Below are positions 1-11,700 of a stretch of 64,000 nt of DNA, piece after piece. Position 1 is the stretch's first letter; each line of letters opens with the position of its first letter. The DNA is from Eledone cirrhosa (Eukaryota), in contig OZ024740.1 of the NCBI GenBank assembly GCA_964016885.1, positions 301,382,001 to 301,446,000 of the forward strand, written 5' to 3'. The notes below the pieces were generated by a model, which was given only the letters and a program-made list of their open reading frames with translations, did no database searches and was not told the DNA's origin. Both the position numbers and the translations under genes were made by a program.

Positions 1-132
1 TTACTACAGATTTCTCCATTTCTCTATCCAAAGCTATAAAACAAAATATTAAGCGACTTGGTAATTATTTACTAACATATATACATCATTGTCTACATAC
101 ATTTTAGCTAATGTTACCTTATATACATACAT

Positions 133-267
<135 letters not shown>

Positions 268-2128
268 AAAGGTAAAATTATATGCAAAAAAAAAAAATAT
301 ATATATATATATATACACAGAGGTATCCACAGTAAGTTGAGGGTTCTATTCTGCATGAAGAAGTCGATGTAATCCATATGTTTAAAATGTTGTACGTTAA
401 GATAAATCCCGGATAACAATAAAATATTAAAAGGAAAACAGTGTTAAAACAATTAAATAAAACATCAAGTCATTTGAGATATATTTCACTGCTTCACGAT
501 TGTTCCTAGGTGATGATAATACATTGTAGCTGTACTCCGTTATTGATCTATGTAATTTTAGTTACAATATATCAGATAAAGAGAATATATATATACATAT
601 ATATATATATAAAATGTAAAATTATGTGTAAAAAAAAAAAATAGAGAGAGAGAGAGAGAGAGTGAGACAGAAAGAAATGAGAGAAAGATTGTATGTTGTA
701 ATATTAGTAGTTAATTCCCAATGTTAACCGTGATTGGATGACAGTATATTTATATAGTTAGCTTTAGTTATCTCACCGCCTAATTTCTTGGAGTATCGTG
801 TTAAATGTGCCAACGTATAGTCGTATTTGCCATCTTTGCTAATACTTTCTACAACTAAATCTGATACTATTTTACCAATGTGTAGATAAAATTTATATTT
901 TCTGCATTGGAGCTCTAACTAATGTTATTTATGTATATGTAATTACTTGACACTGCTATTAATTCTCGTTCGCTGATTGTAGGTTATAAGTAAATATGCA
1001 TATTTCAGAATTAATAACTCAACGATTTACGTAAGGAGAAGAATATGTGAAGTTCTAGTTTTTTTTTTGTATGAAACTATATTCGAAACAATGATGATGG
1101 CATTTGATATCGTAACATTAAAAATATAGGACGTGTGATATATGACATATACGCCCATATTCCCGGGTCTATTCCATACGTAATGTAAGAGTAAAGTTTA
1201 TGCAGCCATGTGTGGCCACTATGGCTTTGTATATCTTTTCCTATCGCTATACATTTATTAAAATGTCCGAGCAATTCTACTGATATTATTAATAGTAAGT
1301 CATTTTACCAATATTAATTTCATTTGCATTCATGCGAGGATATTTTAAAACTAAAGATTGAGGGAAATTACATTAGCGATTATATATGAATTTCCTTGTT
1401 AATTTCCTGTGAATTTCATATAAATTCATGTTGAACAAAAGCTTTGTGTCATTCAATGGACTTCGTTGCTTACTTCTAAGATGATCATTTATAGGGTTAC
1501 TCATTCTGGTTCAATGACTATTAAACTCACAACAGTATACTTTTTATTTTATATTGACAAGTTTCTTTAGTAATATCTCAAAGGAATTCTTGGAATTCTA
1601 TTTGCAATTGAAACACTATTTCATAAGAATAAAATAGACCGTTTAAATTATGCATGTATAAATCAATTAAACTGTTATAAATTGAAGCATACACAACATA
1701 GTATGACTGATGAGAACTAATTTACCTGCTCGTGATATATATGTCTTGATATTAACATTCTGTCATGATGATTTGAAATATTTATAATGGGATATTATTC
1801 ATAGTACAATATCTGTACAATATTGGGTCGTGTGACTGCAATATTTTATTTCGAATGTCTGAAAAAATATATGCATATATATATATAAACACTAATATGT
1901 GTTTGTTGTTTGAGTGTGTATGTATGTATATAGAAACCCACTCAGTATCCTCCACTCATCGATGACTACGTTGATAAGAGGTCTTCCTTGTTTTCGCAAC
2001 GCAACCACTATATAGATATAAGTGTACGCGTGCCTATGGATGTGTGCTTGTATATATATATACATATAAATATATATACGCACACACACACATATATATA
2101 TGTGTGTATATATATATATATATACACG

Positions 2129-2165
<37 letters not shown>

Positions 2166-2171
2166 GCAAAA

Positions 2172-2508
2172 GATCTATTTAAAGTTGTTGGGATACAACA
2201 AGCAAATATTTTTATAACTGATATAAAGCACTCGACATGTTTTTGGAGTAGATATACGATATTAATAAATGGAAACTATATTTATAAAACCATATTTATT
2301 TTATGATACATATTTCAGGGATACCATATTAAATTATGGTATGCCTTCATCAGACAAAATACAATATATAACAGTTTTACAAATAGCTATTTGTAAAATT
2401 GTTATATATTGTATTTTGTCTGATAAAGGCATACCATAATTTAATATGGTATCCCTGAAATATGTATCATGAAATAAATATGGTTTTATAAATATAGTTT
2501 CCATTTAT
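2172..2508. mobile_element. Non-autonomous PLE pLTR-derived fold-back insertion (family A) in TA tract
   Basis: Near-perfect palindrome 2265-2508 centred at 2386/2387 (aaatag|ctattt); homologous to 54951-55368; each arm carries a hammerhead motif. Confidence 0.8.
2297..2361 (-). ncRNA. Type I hammerhead ribozyme (family A)
   Basis: Minus strand reads TATTTTGT-CTGATGA-AGGCATACCATAATTTAATATGGTATCCCT-GAAA-TATGTA-TC-ATAAAATA: 8-bp stem I, long stem II, minimal stem III, AUC site. The mirror copy on + has a core mutation (CTGATAA). Confidence 0.75.
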
Positions 2509-2518
2509 GTATATATAT

Positions 2519-2571
<53 letters not shown>

Positions 2572-2852
2572 TATATGCATTGACAGCCGTGCCTTACGAT
2601 AAGAGCATCGACTCTAGACTGTAAGCTATAAAATACATCTAATTTAACACTGTTTCAATCTTTCATATGAAGATGATGTACACCTAAATAACACAGGAAT
2701 TGCCTTACGGTGACAATGTTTATCTACCTGAAATGTGTATTAAAGATACAAATAAAGCCAGTTGATGATCATCCTCTGCATGTTTAATTTCTTTAGTATA
2801 TTGGTCTGTTATACGTCTACGAAATATGGATCAATATGACAGTACGTATGTG

Positions 2853-2903
<51 letters not shown>

Positions 2904-2908
<5 letters not shown>

Positions 2909-3102
2909 AACAAGTAAGACCCCGACGGCTGAGCTCAAGCCGTTTCGACGGCTAATTCTGGACTGAGTCCAGAATTACCCGTCGAAACGGCTTGAGCTCA
3001 GCCGTCGGGGTCTTACTTGTTCCTATTACCCACTCTACTACCCTAAGTATTGAGTACGTTGGTGCGTTATGGTCCACCTGGTTCCTTACAATATTTCCTT
3101 CG

Positions 3103-3105
<3 letters not shown>
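2904..3105. mobile_element. Short PLE pLTR-derived fold-back element (family C)
   Basis: Hairpin 2904-3026 with apex at 2965 and a tail to 3105; homologous copies at 19447-19568 and 21229-21400; flanked by (TA)n; contains a hammerhead-like 3' half (long stem followed by GAAA-CGGC-TT). Confidence 0.75.
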
Positions 3106-3180
<75 letters not shown>

Positions 3181-3267
3181 ATATATATATATGTATGTAT
3201 ATATATATATATACATATATATATAAAGGTGAAAGGAACGATTCTTTGCTTAAACTTTAATCTGTTA

Positions 3268-3333
<66 letters not shown>

Positions 3334-3337
<4 letters not shown>

Positions 3338-4162
3338 CGTATGTGAACGTACATACATGTATGTATACAGACGTAGAGTAGTATGTATATATAGATATAC
3401 ATGCACATATATATATATATATATATGTACGTATGGGTTTTCCGAACATTTATTATAATGTTCGGTTTGTTTATAAACAAACAGCCCGAATTAAGCCATA
3501 CAGTGTTCAGCAACCGTCGTCGCCCTTTTGTTCAACACTGACAAAGGAACGATGAACTAGTTTCAAGCTTATTAGCTATCGTCAGCATCGCATACCTTCC
3601 TGTCAGTGATTGAATGTCTTAAAGTATATACATTCCTAATGCATATTAACGGCTGAGCAGCCTAATTTGCATATGGAGTCGGCCGGGCGTACCGAAAACG
3701 ATAAATGGAAAAGAATGAAATGAAATTTCATTTGTCACTGTTAGTACGGGTGATACTTAAATATAAGTATGTATACGTACATACATATACGTATACAGAC
3801 GTACAGTAGTGTGTATATATACACATACATGCACACATATATATATGTACGTATGGGTTTACCGAACATTTATTATAATGTTCGGTTTGTTTGTAAACAA
3901 ACAGCCTGGATTAAGCCGTACAGTGTTCGGCAACCATCGTCGCCCTTTTGTTCAACACTGACAAAGGAACGATGAACTAGTTTCAAGCTTATTAGCTATC
4001 GGCAAACTCATACGTACATATATATATATCTGTGCATGTATGTGTATATATAAATACTACTGTACGACTGTATAGATATATGTATGTAAGTATACATACT
4101 TATATTTAAGTATCAGCCGTACTAAGAGTGAGAAATGAAATTTCATTTCATTTTTGTCCATT

Positions 4163-4165
<3 letters not shown>
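3334..4165 (-). mobile_element. ORF-less hammerhead-containing tandem retroelement (family D, 420-bp unit) with inverted arm
   Basis: Direct repeat with 420-bp period (gtacgtatgggttt at 3427 and 3847; ribozyme at 3550 and 3970); 4002-4165 is an inverted copy of about 3701-3860; (TA)n on both sides; another copy at 20541-20988. Confidence 0.85.
3550..3590 (-). ncRNA. Minimal type I hammerhead ribozyme (family D)
   Basis: Minus strand reads CGATG-CTGACGA-TAGCTAATAAGCTT-GAAA-CTAG-TT-CATCG: perfect 5-bp stem I, AGCT/AGCT stem II, palindromic CTAG in stem III, GUU site. Confidence 0.85.
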
Positions 4166-4231
<66 letters not shown>

Positions 4232-4234
<3 letters not shown>

Positions 4235-4989
4235 AAGAAAAAAAGTTGAAATCGAAAATGCAACTGGAGTCTTATTTTTTTAAAAATATATATATTTCTT
4301 TGGTTCATTTACCGGTTTCGCAGTTCTTCTGCTTTTCAAAAGTAGAATTGAGATTGAGGGTCTGTGGTTTTTCTCACATCTGGTTGGTCTTTGAATGTTA
4401 CTTGTTTTATATGGATAAAAGTGGCTAGGAACGCCAGGTTTTTAGAGAAGTAATTTGATAGGTTGGTCAATAAGTATAATAAAATTCGAGCCAGTTCGCG
4501 TTACAAAGTTCTTCAAACAAGGGGGGGGGGGGTGGCTCAGATTGTTTTTTCATATATGAGTGTTTGAATTTTACTTAAGTAAAAAAAAATTCAAACACTC
4601 ATATATGAAAAAACAACCTGAATCCCCCCTCCTTGTTTGAAGAACTTTGTAACGCGAAATAGCGCGAAATTTATTATACTTATTGACCAACCAATTAAAT
4701 TACTTCTCTAAAAACCTGGCATTTCGAGCCACTTTTTCCCTATAAAATAAAACAAGTCACATTCCAAGACCAACCAGATATGAGAAAAACCACAGACCCT
4801 CCATCTGAACTCTACTTTTGAAAAGCAGAACTGCAAAACCGGTAAAGGAACCAGATAAATATATATATATTTTTTTAAATATAAGACTCCAGTTGCGTTT
4901 TCGACTTCATCTTTTTTTTCTTTATACTTTCACTCGTGTAGGACACCTCGGTTATTTTTTCATTTTATAACAAAACCTCACTTTCTAAT
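4232..4989. mobile_element. Neptune-type pLTR-derived fold-back insertion (family E)
   Basis: Inverted arms of about 340 bp around apex 4576/4577; homologous to 42011-42475 and to the pLTR of the 32987-38442 element (gagccacttttt...ttttgaaaagca...accggtaaa; ctcgtgt...acacctc). Confidence 0.8.
4306..4343 (-). ncRNA. Hammerhead variant with U3-A8 core (family E)
   Basis: Minus strand reads ACTT-TTGAAAA-GCAG-AAGAA-CTGC-GAAA-CCGG-TA-AATG; stem I is weakened in this copy. Confidence 0.55.
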
Positions 4990-5047
4990 ATATATATATA
5001 CAATATAAATATCATACAAAGACACACACACACACAATATATAGTTT

Positions 5048-5113
5048 CAGAAGACCCCGTTAAGGGTGAAAGCAGCGATTCTTTGCTTAAACTTTAATCT
5101 GTTATTTTAATAA

Positions 5114-5114
<1 letters not shown>
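5048..5114 (+). mobile_element. Short pLTR fragment with decayed hammerhead
   Basis: cagaaga-cccc-gttaa-gggt-gaaa followed by gattctttgcttaaactttaatctgttattttaata; shorter copies at 3226-3273 and about 7763-7794. Confidence 0.5.
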
Positions 5115-5165
<51 letters not shown>

Positions 5166-5171
5166 TGTGTG

Positions 5172-5283
<112 letters not shown>

Positions 5284-5327
5284 TGAGAGAGACAGATACT
5301 TAGAATTTATCTTCAGGCATAGTTGTG

Positions 5328-5360
<33 letters not shown>

Positions 5361-5389
5361 ATACAACTATGCCTGAAGCTAAATCTCCA

Positions 5390-7500
5390 CCGAGATAATT
5401 TCTGAATATCTAGACACCACACTCGCCCCTACCACACTCACGCTACAAACCATGCCCTTAGTCTCTTCAACTCTTTCTCCTTCCCGCCTGGTCCCTCGCG
5501 CCTTCTCTTTACACTGGATATCACGTCTCTATATACCGTCATCCTTCACGATGACGGCTTCCGCGCTCTCCAACATTTTTTGATTTACGTCCTACACCTT
5601 GCTCCAGCACTACCACTCTTCTCCGTCTGGCTGACTTGCCCCCCCCCCCCAATGGTGTTTCTTTTTCTGGTGAATTTTATCACCAGGTCTCTGGGGTAGC
5701 GATGGGGACCAGAATGGGACCAAACTATGCCAACTCTTTTGTTGGCTACGTGAAGCCGAGATCTTCTCCCAGTATGCTGGACCGACTCCTAAGCTATATG
5801 GTTGTTATATCGACGACTCTATCGTCGCCACCTCTCTATCACGAGAAAGCTCGATTGTTTTCTTTCTTTTGTCTAATCTTTCCATCCTGCTCTCATTTTC
5901 ACCGCCTCCGTCTCCGATTCTTCTGTGGCTTTTCTAGATAGCTCTCTATCTATTAATCACTCTCACCTCACCCTCTACTTCCATCTTCATTAAACCAACA
6001 GACTCCCAATCTTACCTCGACTTCACCTCCTCGCATCCAACCCACACCAAACACTCCATACTCTATTCCCAATTCCTGCATCTTCGTCGGCTCTGTAGCG
6101 AGTACGACGATTTCGAAACCGATTCCGTTTGCATGGCTTCCTACTTCATCCGGCGTTGATATCCCCCACCCTGATCCAAGCAGTTCTCACCTGCGTCCGT
6201 GAAAGAGAACTACCACAGCCCTCTCACATCACCCACACTCTCCCAACACCCGTGTTCCTTTCCCTCTCACAACCACCCCATCATCCTACCACTTCGGCAA
6301 CATATCCTCCGTTCCTTCCGTATCCTCCTTCTGATCCCGTTACTTCTCACTTTTTCCAAACCCACCCATTACTGCTTTTAAGCACGTCCGCAACCTCCTG
6401 CTTCACCGTTCCTTTTCATCCTCTCCCACGACTCCACCTGGCTCTCATCCTTGTTCCCGTTCCCGCTGCAACAGTTGTCCCTTTATTTCCACCCACACCA
6501 CTCTTACAAACCCTAACGGGTCTTTCCATATCTACCATTCCTTCACCTGCACACCCACCCACGTTGTCTATGCTCTCCCGTGTTCTCTCTGCGGGTGTTT
6601 ATATATCAGACAAACGGGATGCCGTATGGCGGACCGTTTTGCCGAACATTTGAGAGACATATGACTCGGTTTGGATACTCTTGTCGCCCGTCATTTATGT
6701 TCTCCTGGTCATTCTTCCCTACATGTTACAGTCATGGGTGTCTTTTTACATCATGGATCAAAAGCGCAGGACGGACAAAGTCTGATTCACCGCCTTGGGT
6801 CGTTTTCCCCTCTTGGACTCAACTCACCTCCCCAATGTCTCTAATACCCCGTCCATTATCACACTCCTAGATTACTCTCGCTTTCTCTTGTTCATTAGCA
6901 GCTTCTCTTACAACAAATACAGACCGACTATATATGCTCACTCCACTTTTCCCTTCACTGCTCTGTATACACACATACACACCCTTATATTAACATACTT
7001 TTGTTCATAGCTTGGTACTTACAAGCTTACACACACTTTTATTCACATATACTCACGCATTTCTTCTTAGCTTCGTACGGACGTATAATAACACACACAC
7101 ACGCACGCACACACATACATACACACACATACACACACACGCATGCTTACACACGTGCACAAAGCATAGCTCTTTTGACAAAACGTTTTTTTTTTCCATT
7201 TCAGGTAGATGCGCTCCATCATCCACTTTTCTAATAAATAAATCATACACAAAAAACCCGCACCAACAGTTTAGCAAGAGATGTCAACATGAATGGACCT
7301 GTTATTTTTATCTAAAAACTTTTTCTTCCGCTTCCATCCCGCTCGTCGTCTTAATCTATCTTATTTCTCATTCTTTCTTCGGGTGAAGGACTAGCGTCCG
7401 AAACCTTAAGACACTCTTCCTGCTATATCAAGCGCTGACCTAATATATCCCTTCCATATACTGTACCGATTGTGTTGTTATTCTTGTTTACCTTTTAAAT
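5390..7500 (+). mobile_element. 5'-truncated, decayed Neptune-like Penelope element (RT + GIY-YIG remnants, 3' pLTR)
   Basis: Frameshifted motifs LDITSLYTVI, SGVAMGTRMGPNYAN, YIDD, KPTDSQSYLDFTSSHP, CxRxRCNSC, HVVYALPCSLC...RFAEHLRDI; decayed hammerhead (ggactagcgtcc-gaaa) near 7375-7412. Confidence 0.85.
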
Positions 7501-7513
7501 ACATATATATCTG

Positions 7514-7631
7514 AAGGCGTGTGGCTGAGTGGTTAGAGAATTGGATTCGCAATCGTAAGGTTGTGAGTTCGATTCCTGGACCAGGTGATGCGTTATGTCC
7601 TTGAGCGAGACACTTTATTTCACGTTGCTCC
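7514..7631 (+). mobile_element. tRNA-derived SINE, 5' part (CORE/Meta-like central domain)
   Basis: Box A TGGCTGAGTGG, box B GTTCGATTCC, then tgtccttgagcgagacacttt; diverged copy at about 53500-53680. Confidence 0.7.
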
Positions 7632-7796
7632 TTCTACCTGGAGTTGCGACCGATAGATAGTATTAGCAATTGGAAAGACCAACGGAAACATTGTTCCCTC
7701 GATCCGATTTGACGAAAGTCGATCGTTCTTTTTTATATATCTATACACACACACATTGAAATAGCTTAAACTTTAATCTATTATTTTAATAAATCT

Positions 7797-7879
7797 GTAT
7801 ATATATATATATAAATATAATAAATATATATATATATTTAACTTATTTGTATATATATATATATATATATATTTGTATG

Positions 7880-7964
<85 letters not shown>

Positions 7965-7969
7965 GTATA

Positions 7970-8025
<56 letters not shown>

Positions 8026-8113
8026 TATATACGTATATATATATATATATATATACATACATATATATATTTAGATAGATATATATATGTGTGTTTGTTT
8101 GTAAGTATGTATG

Positions 8114-8190
<77 letters not shown>
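7797..8190. repeat. (TA)n-rich microsatellite, insertion target of the intact PLE
   Basis: About 390 bp of interrupted TA repeats directly abutting the element's 3' end at 8191. Confidence 0.9.
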
Positions 8191-8192
<2 letters not shown>

Positions 8193-8420
8193 TTTCTGAA
8201 TTTGTTTAGCAAGATTCTTTATCTGAAATCGTGTGTTGAAACCGATATTGTTATACTTTGGGAGGGTCATGTTGCCAATAAGAAACACACGCACCAGTTG
8301 CTTTCACTTCAATTTATTATATATTTATAAATTTATAAATTTACAAATCTACAAATCTACAAACTTATAAATTTCTGGTTGGTTGGTTGGTTCCACAACC
8401 AGATAGTTGTTTATATATAT

Positions 8421-8465
8421 AGTCATAGTCCTTTCGTCACACACTCTGTGACCTCTTCAGTGACT
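8421..8465 (-). ncRNA. Minimal type I hammerhead ribozyme in 3' pLTR of intact PLE
   Basis: Minus strand reads AGTCA-CTGAAGA-G-GTCACA-GAGTG-TGTGAC-GAAA-GGAC-TA-TGACT: perfect 5-bp stem I, 6-bp stem II, 2-bp stem III, CUA site. Confidence 0.85.
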
Positions 8466-8549
8466 GGGGATTCCTTTCTTCGTTTCTGTGCCTTTCCTCT
8501 CTTCTATCCTACGCTATTTTGTTTCTGTGTGTGTGTTGTGTGCTCAGTT

Positions 8550-8569
8550 TGCGCATGCGCCACATCCGG
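8550..8569 (-). promoter_or_regulatory. Adjacent NRF1-like (GCGCATGCGC) and ETS-like (CCGGATGT) motifs; putative pLTR promoter
   Basis: tgcgcatgcgccacatccgg in otherwise AT/TG-rich 3' UTR, about 85 nt upstream (element sense) of the ribozyme. Confidence 0.5.
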
Positions 8570-8755
8570 GTGTCTGTGTGTGTTTGTGTTCATTTTTCTA
8601 TTTTTCTATTTATATTTTTCTATTTGTTTATTTATTTATTTATTTATTGTTGGTTGGTTGTTTGTTCTATGTGTGTGTGTGTTTTCATTTTGTCCTGTGT
8701 GTGTTTTCAATTGTAAGTTGTTTGTTCTATGTGTGTGTGTGTTTTCATTTTGTCC

Positions 8756-11700
8756 TTAATTGTAAGTTGTGATGTTGCTGTTCCACTCATATTTTCTATT
8801 TAATTTTGGTTTTAATTCTTTTATGCTTACTGCCTCTGTAATTTGCCTAAACATTGCGTCTTTTCTATGTGTGGATTCTATTTTTATTTCTATGCTCTCT
8901 AATCTACCCCTGTGTTCTATCTTAGCATGTTGGTAGAGCACAGATGATTCTTTATTATCTTGGAGGTCTCGCCAGTGTTCATTTATTCGTTCCCCTATAC
9001 TACGAGCTGTCTCACCTATGTACACTATATTTTGGTTTCTGCATTGTCCTTCAGTACATCTTATGCTATACACTACATTTCTAGTTTTACAGTTAATATG
9101 GGGGCTTATTTTACAGGTTATACATTTCTTATCTATACATGAGGGTCTTTGGAACGGGTATGTCTTGCTAATAAGTGTTTTTACGGAGGTACCAGGTCTT
9201 TCTACGATCTTAATATTGAGATTATGTTTATTTAGGGCCCTTCTAAATTTGTAGGCTAGTTCGCCTCTAGGGGTTGTATTGATGAACATTACACTCTGGT
9301 ATTTATTGCTATCATACCATGAGTTTATTCTATTGGCCTTGTTCCTAGTTCTTTCTATTCTATTCCAAAATTTGCTCCCATAGAAGGGGCAGGTCCCATT
9401 TATGTCATTATTTACCATTTTTTCCCATTTGGTTCTGGCTCCTTTATACACTCTGATTCTATCTCTCTGATTGTAGCCAGAGAACTGCATACGGTGGATG
9501 AAGTGTTGTATGTGTCTCTCTAGTTCTTCGGGGTTGCACATGCGGGACACATTTCTCATCACCCGTACCAAATCCGCAATCAGTATGTTGATTTTGGTAT
9601 GGTCCGAAATGGCCGAGTTTCGGTGGATCAGATGTTTGGAAGTCATGGGTTTGGCATAATGGGAATGGAGGATTTGTTTTTGGTTGTTAATGGTATCTAA
9701 CCAGAGCTCTGTGTCTAGTACAGGTAATCGATGGTTGGGGTGTCTACTCGGGTAGTCTATAGTAACTCTAATGCTCTGGTGGATGGAGTTTGCTATTTGC
9801 TGGATGCTTTCCATTGTGTTTTTCTCTAGTTCCTGACTGTTCTTTAGAGGGGGTGTCTTAACTACGATGTTTATATCATCTAAGTAGCGGGAGTACATTA
9901 TCAGGGTTAGGCTGTCTTCTAATTGTTCATTAAGTTTTTGTTTAAGTCCACTGTCCCACCATACCATGAATAAGTTAGCTATGTCGCCTGCAATGCTAAC
10001 ACCAATGGCTGCTCCTTCCTCTTGGGCATATGTTTTACCATTAAATTTGAACATATGTTCCTTAAGGGTTAATTTTATGCTGGCCCCTACCGCATGTGCA
10101 ATCATTTTATTCAGTTCATCGTGGTTTTCGGGTGTCCGTATGGCTCTGGTCCACCCGTTCCATCTATCTGTGTGGGTTTTCTTGGCCATTGAGGTAATGG
10201 TAGGTCGTCTGCCTCTTGCTGGTCTTGTAGGGCACAGGTTGCTAAGGTCATAAGTGTCTAGGTAACTATTACTATGGGTAAGCTTAAGTAGAAGTCCCAG
10301 TTCACTGGTATCAATCCCACGGAACTCAACCTTGCTCTCGCTGATCATTTCTACGCATTTCTCCACAGCAAAATCCACGTCAATAGATGGATACAGGGAC
10401 ACAACATCCATACTGCCTATTATGCAGTTTGTTAGGTCCCCAGATCGGTTACCCGCGCCGATTCTGCTGAGGAGGTCCTCCGTGCTGTCACACACATCTG
10501 GGGACATCTCAATGATGGGGCGTATGATCAGGGAGAGGAAGTAGGACAGTCTGTAGTTACTAGCAATGTTAGCCCCACAGACTGGCCGTGTTGGTGGTCC
10601 CGCGACAGGGTCCCAGCCCGTTTTATGGTCTTTTCGAAGCCCATACAACGCCGGCACGTCATTGTTCCAGGCCTGGAAGTTGTTGGAAGTCCTTTTGTTG
10701 GGCTGCATTATATTCATCCACATCACTATATGGGCATTCAGGGCTTTTTCTCTATCCTCATGCTCCTGTGGTGTTACCTCTCTTGTGTTGGTGATGTGGG
10801 GTTGCATTGCCTGGATGTAGTTTGGCAGGCTGTCAACCGACATTCTGCCAGACTTGTCTGTTGGAAAACATGCTATCTCTCCATTACGCGAGCGCTGCAT
10901 GAGCTTACGCAAGCCATTTGCAGATTCTTCTCCCAGTTGCTGGGCCTCTATTCTATTATGCTTCTTGCTATACTGTTCTATAATATTTCTAAGTTCGGAT
11001 TTAGCTATACTAAATTGTGCTTCTGTTTGTTCATCGACCTGCGACGGCAACTGCGTGCGTTTGTTAAATGGCAAAGACGTGGCGTGGACTCGTCGTAGGT
11101 CGAATGATTTATCGGAGGGGTTATAAAACGGAGAGTTCCAGGCTGCTGCTTTATGTGTACTAGTGCTATTATTATTGTTAGTTGTGTTGTTTCTATTTCC
11201 ACCAACAGCCTCAGCTTCATGGTTGTTTCTATGTCTCTCATAATTACTCCTGTCTCTTTCCACTGGCTCAATGTTATTATCTACCCTATTTTGTGTGTCT
11301 GTGTGTTCGTCTTGGTTATTCTCTTTGTCCTTAGTCTCCCATCTCCTTTTCCTTTTAATCCTATTACTTTCTCTTATTTCTCTGATTTCTGTGCCACTGT
11401 CATTACTTGTTTTCTGTGTCTGTGTGTTTGTTAAGATTGTGGTGGTGGTGAGAGGCATTGAATGCGTGTGTGTTGTTGTTGTTGATGTGTGTTGTTGTTG
11501 ATGTGTGTTGTTGTTGTCTCCGTGTGTGTGTGTGTTATCGTTGTTGTATGTGTTGTCATTGTTGTTTGTGTCTGCGTGTCTGTTGTTGTTGTATCTGGGT
11601 ATGTTGCTATTGTTGTTGTTGTTGATGTGTGTGTTGTTGTTATTGTTGTCTCCGTGTGTGTTATCGTTGTTGTGTGTGTTGTTATTGTTGTTTGTGTCTG

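Noticed and set aside
760-1700. Possible very old PLE RT remnant on the minus strand
   Set aside because: Only faint motif resemblance; no recognisable catalytic motif can be reconstructed by eye.
7514-7585. tRNA gene
   Set aside because: A and B boxes are present but there is no clean cloverleaf, and it continues into a SINE body.
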